Below are positions 21,079 through 31,602 of a stretch of DNA of 64,000 nucleotides, piece by piece. The DNA comes from Candidatus Thorarchaeota archaeon (lineage in GTDB: Archaea > Asgardarchaeota > Thorarchaeia > Thorarchaeales > Thorarchaeaceae). Position numbers and translations under genes: made by a program. The DNA is taken from contig CAVSBO010000008.1 in assembly GCA_963726195.1 (NCBI GenBank), positions 32,001 to 96,000 of the forward strand, given 5' to 3'. Position 1 is the first letter of the stretch. Each line of letters opens with the position of its first letter. Under the pieces are notes generated by a model. It was not told the DNA's origin. It worked only from the letters and a program-made list of their open reading frames with translations, and ran no database searches.

Positions 21079-21814
21079 CTAGTCATTGGGAAAGAGTATC
21101 TTGCGAATCCTCTTTGCATAGTCCAAGTATTCAGGAGACCCTACCGCATAGAGTTCCGCGAGCCATCTGTACATGTCTAGGATTTCAGGGTCGGCAACGT
21201 CCTCGCTTATTTTCTCCCCTATCTTTGCCGTCCAGGAGTTGGACAGCGTCTCGGCTTTCATGCAGAGCTCGAATGAGCTCGTCTTTCCTTCCTTCAGGTA
21301 TGTCGAGATGGAAAACTTTCGCCATCCTCTCACATTTTTCCACGATTTCCTTTCGGGCTTCCTTCTCGTTCGCCCCGGTGGGCGCAGTTATCACAAAACC
21401 CTTGGCGGTTCTACGGTAGTAGTCCGTCGTACGTTTGCCTGTTGTTACCGTACCGTACTTGATAACAAGTCCAGCTTCAATAAGCGCAGGCAGGTGGTGG
21501 TAGACTTGGTTCTTGGTCAGACTCTCGTTCTTTTCGGGGTCTACTGAGGCCTTAACAATCTCAACGACTGACATGGCGTAGCGTTTTACGTTCTTCTTTC
21601 TGATGATTCTTTCGTTGGTCTCCTTGTTGAATTCCTCGGTAGTGACTTCGTCATCAATCCCATTTCTAAGAACGGCGATTATCTGGCGTCTTGCAGGCTC
21701 GGAGAACGCGGCAGCTCGTTTCTCATCTGTTATGAACTCAAGTTCCTTCTGTGGCTTCTTAGCTTCCGGCGTTAGTTCGATGCCAGTCAGTGCGTCTCCT
21801 TGTTCCTCTGGCAA
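21079..21814 (-). CDS. ArsR-like winged-helix transcription regulator, frameshift near 21275
   Basis: AFSEPARRQII, VYHHL..LIEAGLV, YYRRTAK. Confidence 0.8.
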
Positions 21815-22356
21815 CTTATCGTCACCTTAACCGTCCCTGTCGTTTGGCTTGTGGAATCATGTATATGGTTCATGTATTAAAGTTTTGTCGTGGACACTAT
21901 TTAACTAACACACGCTTTGTGTCAGAATGGTTTATGGAGCACACCTTTATATGCTTTTGAGCACACACCAAAGTCGTCGAATAGTTTGCGACACAAACCA
22001 AAAGGCGAAGAATCATGGCACACGAATCAAACTCTCAGAAACTGAGCGAAGTCACAAGCAAGAATGCTCGAAAGATGATGACGACCACTGCCCTGTACTA
22101 TGCCTACCTCTACAGGAGATAGGACCTACGAGTCTAGCAGGATTGGTGGACCAGACATGGCTCGAGTAAAGAAATCCCCTGAGCAGGAATCGGGAAGTCC
22201 CTGCAGGGAGAATCGGAAAAGAAACCGTCGTCCAACGACGCTAAAGCAAGTGCTCATGTGGGAACCCACCTGAGCACTCAACTCCTTTTTGATCACTCAG
22301 TGAAAGACGCAAACGTCACCACGTGAGTGCAGTGAATTGTCGTGTCTTGTGCCCGA

Positions 22357-23202
22357 TTACTTGCCAAACACCATCTGATAGAAAGTCCCACCCAACACGT
22401 AGGACACTTCAAGGTTACGTGCCATTGGCGGGACGTGCTCGAGCGGGGGTCTTGACCCGAACAACGAATTAGTCTTGAGAATCTCCTTACCCCTATCTGT
22501 TCTCCTTACGTCTGGGGAGAGCCCCTCATCGGTGACGATCACAATGCCCCATGGCTTCACGACTCGCCACATTTCCTCAAGTGCGCGACTCTTGTCGGAG
22601 AAGGTGTTGATCCCACCGCTATGGATTACCAAGTTGAAGTAGTCGTCCTGATAGGGCAAGTTGAGGACATTGCCTTGGATGAGCCCTACGGTGACACCAA
22701 GATCGTTGAGCTTTCTTCTTGCGGTTCTAAGCATTCCGCGTGACATGTCGAGACCGTGAAGGTCAAACCTGCCCATTTCGCTTCTGAATCTGTTGTATAG
22801 AGCGACCAGATTTGCGCCAGTTCCCACGCTTACGTCAGCTATCTTGGATGGGCCTTCGATAGTCACGTAGTTGCCCAATCTCTCCCTGTCCTTCATCATA
22901 TCGATGCCAAGCCATTCATCGTATGACTTCAGAAGCTGATCGTAATTCCCAGCCATTTCATCGTACTCCCTTATCCAAGCCTCATCTTTCACGTTGGCCT
23001 TCGGGTACACGAGTGCCGGGATGCCCTCATCCACGGTCCAGCTGTGTCCCTTTTCACATACGAGCTTTCCGTTCTCAATCTCATCTCCGTTCAAGTGCAC
23101 ATCTGAAAGGCGAAGAGACCTACGGCACGACGGGCATCTGAGTGCCTTCAAATGGAATTCCTTCAACTTCGCCCACGCCTCAGAGAGAGCTCGCGCCGAC
23201 AA
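22357..23202 (-). CDS. Trm112-like domain fused to class I SAM methyltransferase
   Basis: LRCPSC...G.LVC..H.W.V.EGIP; DVSVGTG, GLDMS..ML, LPY.D..F. Confidence 0.85.
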   Translation of the reverse strand: MSARALSEAWAKLKEFHLKALRCPSCRRSLRLSDVHLNGDEIENGKLVCEKGHSWTVDEGIPALVYPKANVKDEAWIREYDEMAGNYDQLLKSYDEWLGIDMMKDRERLGNYVTIEGPSKIADVSVGTGANLVALYNRFRSEMGRFDLHGLDMSRGMLRTARRKLNDLGVTVGLIQGNVLNLPYQDDYFNLVIHSGGINTFSDKSRALEEMWRVVKPWGIVIVTDEGLSPDVRRTDRGKEILKTNSLFGSRPPLEHVPPMARNLEVSYVLGGTFYQMVFGK

Positions 23203-23495
23203 GCGCTAACGCCGGGGTCCGAGCCACGATATCAAGTTGCGCCCATCGCTTGTGCTAGGATAAGTTGTCCGACGATGATGACGCTAGGCGCGCTTGTGCT
23301 TGTTGATAGGAACCTGTTAGGGGTAAGCAACGGCTGCGCAGCAGTTGCGCAATCTTAGATATGCAGGACACATCCAAGATAGGAGAGCTGCTGCAGGGTG
23401 TCGGAATATCGTCGCATAGGCTCGGCCGTTGTTCAGGGACCGCGGTTGTCTTTCCCATGCTCACGGTATCTGCATAGGCGACCGTTCTCTCTCAA

Positions 23496-23852
23496 CTAGC
23501 CCTCCGGGACTGGCAGGCCCGCCTTAGCAAGCAGGACCATGATGTTTCGGGTGGCTTCCCAGAGGCCGCCTTTAACCACGCACTGTTCCTTGACATTGGT
23601 ACTGATTTCTTCTGCCAAGCCATCATAGTTAGCTCCAGTGAGACCTTTCTCCCACCTCACTGTAATGAGTTCTTCCACCTCTACCCTTTTCCTATCATCG
23701 ACCGGAGCCAACGTCACATCTACGCGATATTCTATGATTGTCATTCGCCTAGCAACGATTAACTTAGCTGACACGTACGCCATTTGACTTTGTTCCGCTT
23801 CGGAACTCTTCTCTTGCTTTTCGTCTGAGTAAGAGCCTGATTCCTCATCCAA
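23496..23852 (-). CDS. Hypothetical protein
   Basis: 118-aa ORF with GGAGG upstream; no motif recognised. Confidence 0.4.
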   Translation of the reverse strand: MDEESGSYSDEKQEKSSEAEQSQMAYVSAKLIVARRMTIIEYRVDVTLAPVDDRKRVEVEELITVRWEKGLTGANYDGLAEEISTNVKEQCVVKGGLWEATRNIMVLLAKAGLPVPEG

Positions 23853-24199
23853 ATCCTAGCTTTCCTCCTCTAGCTCTGAGAGCAGCTCCACGAGTTGGCA
23901 GTCTGCTATGTCGTCTGGAACTCCAAGCCCAAGCACCTTCCTGACGTTGACTTGCACAAGATGCACCAGACCTGACATTGATGAGCTGCTCGCAGTCTGT
24001 CAGGAGAGCCAGATTTCGGACTATCATCATTCTCTCCTCTGTGCCCTTTGAGTCAGACCCCTCGTCGAGACCATGAATGGTAACCCTGAGCCCTCTGAAG
24101 TCTGCTTAAATGAGGCTAGACGACCCACTACCACTGCGTGTGCGTGCGGGGTGCATTTGTCATGGTGTATCCGCATGAAGCAACAGGAGGAAATCGTAA

Positions 24200-26029
24200 T
24201 TGATCCGTCGACGGTATTTAGTCGTTTTCATGATAACGGTGGTTTTGATCGTTCCAGTTCTGTGCACTGGCGTTCATGGTTCCACGCCCGGCTTCGTGGT
24301 CTGGATTCTGAACGCTGATGGTAACGATGTTGACTCTGGTGTGGCATTGCGGACTCCTCAACAAGAGATCCCTCAAGATGGAGTACAGAGTAGAGAAACC
24401 TCGCTGACCGGACTTGCATCAGTACCTCTCCATGCAGATGTGCTGGTGCTCATAGGTCACGGGCAGCCCGATGGGCTCGAGGTTTTAGGCGGGCTCAAAC
24501 CGTGGCCTGAGCTCCATAGAGCCATAGCGGAGCGACAGCCACAGAAGACCATTGTTCTTGCATGTTACTCCCCATCTGACCCGTCCTCAGGAGTGTTCGG
24601 CTTTGATGGTAGAGTCGATGCAGAGGCCGGCGCCTTGATAGTCGGTTGGTATCTCACACAGCTCACTGCATCGGGCAGGGAGGCTGTCTTTCCCTTCGAC
24701 AGAGTGGCACTGGCTCAAGAAAGCATGCTTCACCCCTTGGGACGATACCTGTACTTCATCCATGGATACTGGGGTTCCAATGGGCAGTTCGACCATATGC
24801 GTGATAGTATGATTCGTCAAGGCGTCTTTGATTACGAGTACGACATCCACAACGTGAGGTACTTCGACTACTTCAGCTCCTACGGGGCGACCACAGAGAC
24901 TACGATGAACGTGGTGCACTGGGCACGTTGCATCTCGGATTTTGCCAATAACCTCTTCACCGAGCTACTACGGCTTCCTGCAGGAAGTCAGGTGAATATC
25001 ATTGCACACAGTATGGGAGGGCTCATCGTTCGGGAAATGCTCAGGCTTCATCGAACACAACTTGACATTGCAGGGATCCACATTGGGAAGGTCATCACTC
25101 TTGGAACACCTAATGACGGAACATATCTCGCGAATCCCCTGAACAACTGGGCCTATATACTCACCTTCATCGCTGGACTGGTGTTCAGTGGAAATCTCTG
25201 GCCAAGTCCTGTCCTCTGGTCGATGACTCCGGGTTGGCCGCTCGTGTCTACTCTCAACAGCGACCCAATGAGCTATTCATCCGGGATACAATGGTGCACG
25301 GTGAGCGGTTGCGACACCTTTCTCAGTTATCCCCTCTGGTTCATCCACGGGGATTGGAGTGACCCGATAGTGACCGTAGGAAGAGCACATCTGGACTTTG
25401 CACAAAAGGCATACTTCAATGTAAATCACAACCTTCTGATCGACGACCCGAGTGGGACGACATACAACTACGTTGCCAACTGGATCACAGCCGGTCCCGA
25501 TTCTGACTCAGACAACCTAACCGATGATGCCGAGATATACTATTATCACACGAACCCACGAAACAATGACACAGACCAGGACGGCCTGAGTGACTTTGCC
25601 GAGATTGTGACCTACCATACAGACCCGCTAAACCCCAACACCGACGGAGATGGTCTCACTGATTGGTACGAGGTCCGACATGGGTATGACCCCTTGAACA
25701 TCAATAACCCAGTTCCAGCGACTCTGCTGATTTCATCAGTCACATTGGTCGGGTCCAAGGTCTCAGTGTGCGTGAACAACTACTCGCCAATGGGTCGTGT
25801 GGATTTCTACATGAGGTACAAGACGACATATGGCTCGTGGAGCACCTACAGCTACAAGGGAACGGACTACACACCTGACTCAGGTGGCAAGTACTCGGCA
25901 TTGTGGACATACCCATCAGGTTACAATCAGCTGGAGGTCGAGGTGATGGCCTACGACTCATCCGGTCAGTGGCTAGGAACAGACTATCAGCAGTGTGCGA
26001 TAGGAGGCGGTGGCCCTCCGCCAGAATGA
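24200..26029 (+). CDS. Secreted alpha/beta-hydrolase (PGAP1/lipase-like) with N-terminal CHAT-like domain and Ca-binding DxDxDG repeats
   Basis: Signal peptide; IHGY, AHSMGG, ITLGTP..G, SDPIV, NH; three D.D.DGL.D..E repeats. Confidence 0.8.
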   Translation: MIRRRYLVVFMITVVLIVPVLCTGVHGSTPGFVVWILNADGNDVDSGVALRTPQQEIPQDGVQSRETSLTGLASVPLHADVLVLIGHGQPDGLEVLGGLKPWPELHRAIAERQPQKTIVLACYSPSDPSSGVFGFDGRVDAEAGALIVGWYLTQLTASGREAVFPFDRVALAQESMLHPLGRYLYFIHGYWGSNGQFDHMRDSMIRQGVFDYEYDIHNVRYFDYFSSYGATTETTMNVVHWARCISDFANNLFTELLRLPAGSQVNIIAHSMGGLIVREMLRLHRTQLDIAGIHIGKVITLGTPNDGTYLANPLNNWAYILTFIAGLVFSGNLWPSPVLWSMTPGWPLVSTLNSDPMSYSSGIQWCTVSGCDTFLSYPLWFIHGDWSDPIVTVGRAHLDFAQKAYFNVNHNLLIDDPSGTTYNYVANWITAGPDSDSDNLTDDAEIYYYHTNPRNNDTDQDGLSDFAEIVTYHTDPLNPNTDGDGLTDWYEVRHGYDPLNINNPVPATLLISSVTLVGSKVSVCVNNYSPMGRVDFYMRYKTTYGSWSTYSYKGTDYTPDSGGKYSALWTYPSGYNQLEVEVMAYDSSGQWLGTDYQQCAIGGGGPPPE

Positions 26030-26093
26030 TTGATATCTGACGCGTGCTGAGACAAAGGGCGAACCAAGAGGATACCGAAAGGAGTCAATTGGA

Positions 26094-27314
26094 ATGAGTA
26101 TGAATTGCTTCAGGTCAAGGCCTGGAGTTCTCAGAGTGTACCCATTCCTAATATTGCTATGCGTTGGAATAACCGCGGCCCAACCAGAGTTGGTATCCGC
26201 GTTCACCCTTACGCCACTGCAGGCATCCGGGACCACCTGGGAGCTGCTCCATTCGGACTATCCTGAAGCCGTCTACACGGATGTCGTATTCCTCAACTCC
26301 ACCCACGGCTGGGTCTTGGGACAGGAGAATGAGAGTCCATCATCCAACCTTCTCATCCTGCATACCAGTGACGGCGGTGAGTCATGGCAGCTCCAGTTCT
26401 CTCATCCTCTAGGGTGGGCCAGTATCATGGACGTGGTCGATGAGCAGACGGTGTGGCTCAACGGGTTTGATCACCTATACTATACTGTCGACGGGGGTAA
26501 GAAATGGAACGAAATTGACGTAGTATCTGCGGGCAGAGCATTCTCCACCGTCAAGTTCATCAATCGCACTGATGGCTGGACTGCGAGCCACGGAGTCCTC
26601 TACAGGACTACTGACGGTGGACAGTCGTGGCATTCGGTTCCGGGGTGGACCTTCGACGACAGTCCTGGCATGATAATTGTCCTATCGCCCCTAAACATAT
26701 GGGCATGTAGCTTCGATGGTGTCTACCACAGCACTGATGGGGGTGAGACATGGGTGAAAACATCCAGTCCTGGTGGGTGGGCCATGTCGTTCGTGAGCGT
26801 GACGGAGGCTTGGCTCGTGGACGACGACTTGCTGGCCCACATGACCGACGGAGAGAACTGGACTGAGCTGGCAATACCCGGAGCCTTTCCGTGGCTGTCG
26901 CTCCGTCTGATGGCCCCCTACCTGTCCGATGTTCAGTTCATTGACAAGGACCACGGGTGGATCGTGGGTACTGAGATTCCGGTGATGTATACTCCTGACG
27001 GTGGGGCGAACTGGTACAGGCAGAGCGTGCCTTCCACAGTGACTGACACGATGTCGCGAATCAAGGCGATATGCTGCATCGACCAGACTCACGGCTGGGC
27101 GGTCGGATGGAACGGTGTCATAATGAGAACTACTAGTGCGAACAGCTTGGGAGCGCGACTCTGGGGCGGGTCTGCAGACCCGCTAATCTTTTCGGTCATG
27201 GGCACGGCCGTTGCGGTAGTCGTCGTGAGCGGAGTCTTCGTATTGTATCGCCGGAAGCACAAGGCGACTGTCTCAGGACCTGAGGCGAAGCCAATCTCAC
27301 CTGAACCGGTATAG
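26094..27314 (+). CDS. YCF48/BNR (Asp-box) beta-propeller, membrane anchored
   Basis: Six T.DGG..W Asp-boxes, F.....GW motifs, signal peptide, C-terminal TM plus RRK. Confidence 0.88.
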   Translation: MSMNCFRSRPGVLRVYPFLILLCVGITAAQPELVSAFTLTPLQASGTTWELLHSDYPEAVYTDVVFLNSTHGWVLGQENESPSSNLLILHTSDGGESWQLQFSHPLGWASIMDVVDEQTVWLNGFDHLYYTVDGGKKWNEIDVVSAGRAFSTVKFINRTDGWTASHGVLYRTTDGGQSWHSVPGWTFDDSPGMIIVLSPLNIWACSFDGVYHSTDGGETWVKTSSPGGWAMSFVSVTEAWLVDDDLLAHMTDGENWTELAIPGAFPWLSLRLMAPYLSDVQFIDKDHGWIVGTEIPVMYTPDGGANWYRQSVPSTVTDTMSRIKAICCIDQTHGWAVGWNGVIMRTTSANSLGARLWGGSADPLIFSVMGTAVAVVVVSGVFVLYRRKHKATVSGPEAKPISPEPV

Positions 27315-27565
27315 TCCCATTACCAACGAGGCAGAGCAGAAGGGTGGAGAGTACTTCTGCTGTCCAAACTGCGACTCACACATTCATGCGGACATCAATG
27401 CTGCACGGAACATAATCCATGTCCAGAGTCACAGTGCCGTTCAAGGGAGGGCAAAGGACATATGCCCAACTTTGTCCAACTTACAATGAACGATAACAGC
27501 ACTCTTTTATCAGTGCCATTCACAACGAGGCTTGGTCGAAGTCCAAGGATTTCTACGAGCAGACC

Positions 27566-28510
27566 ATGGCAAATTGCGCGGCGGTGAGAGCACTTTTGAT
27601 CAAGGCTGTCAATGTATCGAAACGCTTCGGCGAAGTCTTGGCAGTTGATAATGTGAGTCTTGAAATCCCGGACGGGACCATCTTAGGCATGATAGGACCC
27701 AATGGATCGGGCAAGACTACGCTCATTCGAATGATGGTAGGTATTCTCAAGCCAAATTCGGGTGCATGTTTCATAGGTGAAAAACGGGCTGACCTTCTGA
27801 CCCCGCAAGAGCGAGCCACAATTGGCTACATGACACAGCAGAAAGCGCTCTATCCTGACTTGACAGCTCGGGAGAATCTCCAGTTCTTTGCGGAGACCTA
27901 TGGTCTCCGTGACTCGAAGAAAAGAGCCGTTGCAATTGATGAAGCTGCGAAGCTGACCCACATCACCGAGTACCTAGATCGACCCGTCGAGGTCTTGAGC
28001 GGAGGAACTGTTCAGAGGCTAAGCCTTGCTTGCACGATTGTTCATGGACCTGATGTCATATTCCTTGATGAGCCAACTGTCGGCGTTAGCCCCGGCCTAA
28101 GAGCAGAGTTCTGGGAGTACTTCCAAAAGCTGGCCCGTCAAGGAAAGACCATTGTCATGACGACTCACTACCTTGAGGAGGCATCTCACTGTGATTCGGT
28201 GATGATGATATTCCAGGGCCGACTAATAGCCCATGCTACACCGAACGAGATAATCTCCTCACTCCCGCTTGAGCGTTCGGTTTCAGGTGAAGTCAGCACT
28301 GAGGATATCCCCCGCCTGAAACGTTCTATAGAGGGGATAGCAGGCAATGAGATAATTGGCAATCACTTCAAAGTTGTCGCGACTGGCGATGAGACATTGT
28401 TTCGAGCGATTCAGGCTCTATACGCTTCAGGCATACGTACTCATAACATGGTGGTGCGGCAGCCTGGCCTTGAAGAGGCATTTACGCACTTAGCTGGGAG
28501 GGAAGGGTGA
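27566..28510 (+). CDS. ABC-2 type exporter ATP-binding subunit
   Basis: GPNGSGKT, LSGG, FLDEPT, TTH. Confidence 0.95.
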   Translation: MANCAAVRALLIKAVNVSKRFGEVLAVDNVSLEIPDGTILGMIGPNGSGKTTLIRMMVGILKPNSGACFIGEKRADLLTPQERATIGYMTQQKALYPDLTARENLQFFAETYGLRDSKKRAVAIDEAAKLTHITEYLDRPVEVLSGGTVQRLSLACTIVHGPDVIFLDEPTVGVSPGLRAEFWEYFQKLARQGKTIVMTTHYLEEASHCDSVMMIFQGRLIAHATPNEIISSLPLERSVSGEVSTEDIPRLKRSIEGIAGNEIIGNHFKVVATGDETLFRAIQALYASGIRTHNMVVRQPGLEEAFTHLAGREG

Positions 28511-29994
28511 TGAGTCCGAACGTGAACACAGGCAGGATTTGGACGATTGTCCATAGGATTGGCCGCCAAATACGTAGGGACCGCCGGACTCTTGGACTCA
28601 TGCTGGTTGCTCCTCTCGTCGTCACTTTCATCTTCGGCATCATGTTCACTGGTACGGTTGCTAATGTTCCCACTGCAATATGCGTGAACGATCAAGCGTG
28701 GGGAACTGCATTAGGTGATGTAATTGCTGGCAATCTAGAGACTAACGCCAACGTGACGGTAGTTCAAAGGTCACTAGACAATGCTTTCGTCGGCTTCGGC
28801 ACTTCAATCCAGAGTGTTCTGATTCTTCCCACTGGTCTTACGGTGACATTACTGCGGGGCTTGAACACGAGCATTGGGTTGTACGTGAATGTGACCACAT
28901 GGCCACAGGCGAATTATATCCTTAGTACCATATCCAATGCTACTACCAATTCGCTCACGGAGTTCTCGGGAAGGAGCGGAATCTCATTCGACCGTAACGT
29001 GACTGTTCTCATGCCTGCCCCACCCGTCGGAAGCAGTCTATCTTTCAACCTCTCGTTAGTTAACCAAGATATCGGCTTCCCTGTGTCGATAGGTGAAGCC
29101 ATTGATGACGACCTGTCTGCAAACACCAACGTGTCACTGGTTTCCTGTGACAGTCGTGCTGCAGTCATTGAGTCCATTCGTTCGGAGTCAAGCATAGTCG
29201 GCCTCTATGTGCCTGAGAACTTCACAAATACTCTCCTCACAGGCGGGAAGCCAACGGTTGAAATCTTTGTCAACGGCATAGAGACCTCCCAAGCTAGCAC
29301 GGCAGTGGCTGCAATTCAGCAAGCCCTTGCAGACGCGGCCAAGTCCGTTCTCGGGAGAGGGACTGATGTCACCATCACGTATGTCTACGGTGCTGCAGGA
29401 ATGTCGATGATCCAACTTGCTGGTCCATCAGTGATAGGGTTCTTTGCTCTCTTCTTTGGTTTTATCATATCTGGAATCTTCTTCTTGCGTGAACGGCAGC
29501 AGGGCACTCTTGAGAGAATGCGAGCATCTCCTCTGAGCGAGTTAGACGTGGTCATCGGCTATGTCATCGCTTTCATTGGCGTATCTCTAGTCCAGACAAC
29601 GATCATCACTCTCGTTATTGTCTACTACTCGCCCAGCATTCTTTCAACCATAGGAATGCTGATTGTGCCAATCGTTCTACTAGCTGTGCAATCGGTCACA
29701 TTAGCAATAGCTGCAGCTTACAGGATGAAGACCGAGCTCCAAGTTATGCAGATGATACCCATCTACATCATTCCGCAGATATTCCTGTCCGGTATTTTCT
29801 TCTCAGCGTCTCTGTTGCCATCGTACCTGAGCTTCCTACCATACTTGTTTCCGCTGACCTATTACGTAATGGCAGTGAAGAGCGTAGTCTTCTACGGAGC
29901 GACGCTTATCGACATCGCTATTCCTATCCTCGCGCTGACTCTGTACGCTATTCTGGGCGTTGTTCTTGCAGTCGCACGCAGACCTGAGAGATAG
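28507..29994 (+). CDS. ABC-2 type permease
   Basis: RDRRTL, RERQQGTLER..SP, PQIFLSG.F, PLTY. Confidence 0.9.
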   Translation: MMSPNVNTGRIWTIVHRIGRQIRRDRRTLGLMLVAPLVVTFIFGIMFTGTVANVPTAICVNDQAWGTALGDVIAGNLETNANVTVVQRSLDNAFVGFGTSIQSVLILPTGLTVTLLRGLNTSIGLYVNVTTWPQANYILSTISNATTNSLTEFSGRSGISFDRNVTVLMPAPPVGSSLSFNLSLVNQDIGFPVSIGEAIDDDLSANTNVSLVSCDSRAAVIESIRSESSIVGLYVPENFTNTLLTGGKPTVEIFVNGIETSQASTAVAAIQQALADAAKSVLGRGTDVTITYVYGAAGMSMIQLAGPSVIGFFALFFGFIISGIFFLRERQQGTLERMRASPLSELDVVIGYVIAFIGVSLVQTTIITLVIVYYSPSILSTIGMLIVPIVLLAVQSVTLAIAAAYRMKTELQVMQMIPIYIIPQIFLSGIFFSASLLPSYLSFLPYLFPLTYYVMAVKSVVFYGATLIDIAIPILALTLYAILGVVLAVARRPER

Positions 29995-30147
29995 ATTGGA
30001 CGCAGTTTCCAATCGCGTTTCCATAAGCTTCGGGTCCTTTCTATGTTCACTTCAGGGCAAGCCAAACAGTCGCCAAGAGCGTGCAACAGTCTATTATACA
30101 GGTTCGCAATTACGTGACTGCTCAAACTTTCGTTGCTACTAGGAGTG

Positions 30148-31491
30148 ATGGTCCAATTGGATAACGACAGAACAGGGGTCACTGAGTCACAACAGCCGGC
30201 TCAGAAAATGCATTGGCTGTACGTTTTCATCATAGGTCTTGGGTTCTTCACGACTGGAGTCTCTTGGAGCGTTTACAACAGCTATTTGCCTGCTGATTTC
30301 CTACCGGCATTTATTACAGGAGGACTTCAAAACACCATAATCGGAGCCGTCATGGTTCTTGACAACGTTCTCGCACTTTTCATGCAGCCGTATATCGGTG
30401 CGAGATCCGACAGGGTGCGAACCCGGATTGGCCGCCGAATGCCCTTCATTATGATTGGTACCCCGATTGCGGCAGTCTTCTTCGTCCTGATAGCATACGG
30501 TTGGGCGGCGATGAACTTCTGGATGATGTTCGCTTTTCTTACAATCTTCAACGTGGCTATGGCATTTTATCGCGCACCCGTGGTTGCACTCATGCCAGAC
30601 CTTGTCCCTTCTCAGCACAGAACTCTGGCAAATGGTGTCATCAACTTCATGGGCGGTGTTGGAGCCATCTATGCATTTGCTATTGCATCACAGATATACA
30701 AGATTCAGGATCCTGGTCTCGCCTCCTTGTTTGGAGTTGGGGTCAATCAAATCGGACCTGTACTGACATTCCTCACGACAGCCGTGATAATGATTGTCGC
30801 TGTCTTAATCCTCTATGCGACTGTTAAGGAGCCCCCGATTCCTCCGTCAGACTCACAGGAACCGAAGGAAATTGGCATAATACAGGCCTTTAGACAAGTG
30901 TCAATCTCTAAAGACAGGTCGGCTCTTGGGATACTCGGGGCGATATTCTTCTGGTTCTTGGGCTATAACGCAATAGAAACATGGTTCACGAAATACGGCA
31001 AAGAGGTCTTGCTCTTCACGACCGCTAATTCGTCATTCCTTCTGAACGGAATCGCAGTGTCATTCATCATATTCGCAATCCCAGCAGGATTCTTGGGCAA
31101 GAAGGTCGGCCGTAGGAAGACAATCATGACGGGTCTCGTAATCATGATAGCATCAATGCTAGTTCTGTGGTTCATGAAGAGCTACTGGATCATTTTCGGC
31201 GTGCTCGCTGTTGCAGGACTTGGATGGGCTTTCGTGAACGTGAACAGCATAGTCATGGTTTGGGAACAGGTCGGCAAAGCAAGACTAGGTGCCGGAACCG
31301 GGTTGTACTATGCCTTCAGCACGAGTGCCGCGATTGCGGGTCCTCTCTTGGCGGGATATGTCTTCGACTTGACAACAATCGCTCTGCTCTTTCCGTTTTC
31401 CACCATCTTCATGGTAGTGGCACTTCTGCTCACAATGGCCGTCAGAACGGGCGAGATGGGCGACGAGGCAAAGTCCGAGTACGCTCAATAG
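30148..31491 (+). CDS. MFS transporter (maltose/SLC45-like)
   Basis: G..SDR.RTR.GRR.PF, P.VALMPD; about 12 TMs. Confidence 0.88.
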   Translation: MVQLDNDRTGVTESQQPAQKMHWLYVFIIGLGFFTTGVSWSVYNSYLPADFLPAFITGGLQNTIIGAVMVLDNVLALFMQPYIGARSDRVRTRIGRRMPFIMIGTPIAAVFFVLIAYGWAAMNFWMMFAFLTIFNVAMAFYRAPVVALMPDLVPSQHRTLANGVINFMGGVGAIYAFAIASQIYKIQDPGLASLFGVGVNQIGPVLTFLTTAVIMIVAVLILYATVKEPPIPPSDSQEPKEIGIIQAFRQVSISKDRSALGILGAIFFWFLGYNAIETWFTKYGKEVLLFTTANSSFLLNGIAVSFIIFAIPAGFLGKKVGRRKTIMTGLVIMIASMLVLWFMKSYWIIFGVLAVAGLGWAFVNVNSIVMVWEQVGKARLGAGTGLYYAFSTSAAIAGPLLAGYVFDLTTIALLFPFSTIFMVVALLLTMAVRTGEMGDEAKSEYAQ

Positions 31492-31602
31492 CAGAATGGG
31501 GAAGTTCTCTTCCCCTCCTTTTCTGTCCCATCGTAACTCAAGGAAACATGACAGACCATTTAGCAAAACGAGCGACGAGATTCGTGAAGAGGAATGATTG
31601 AT

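Noticed and set aside
23207-24030. Small ORFs 23255..23464 and 23845..24030
   Set aside because: No motifs; the latter may be a frameshifted small gene, but it cannot be supported.
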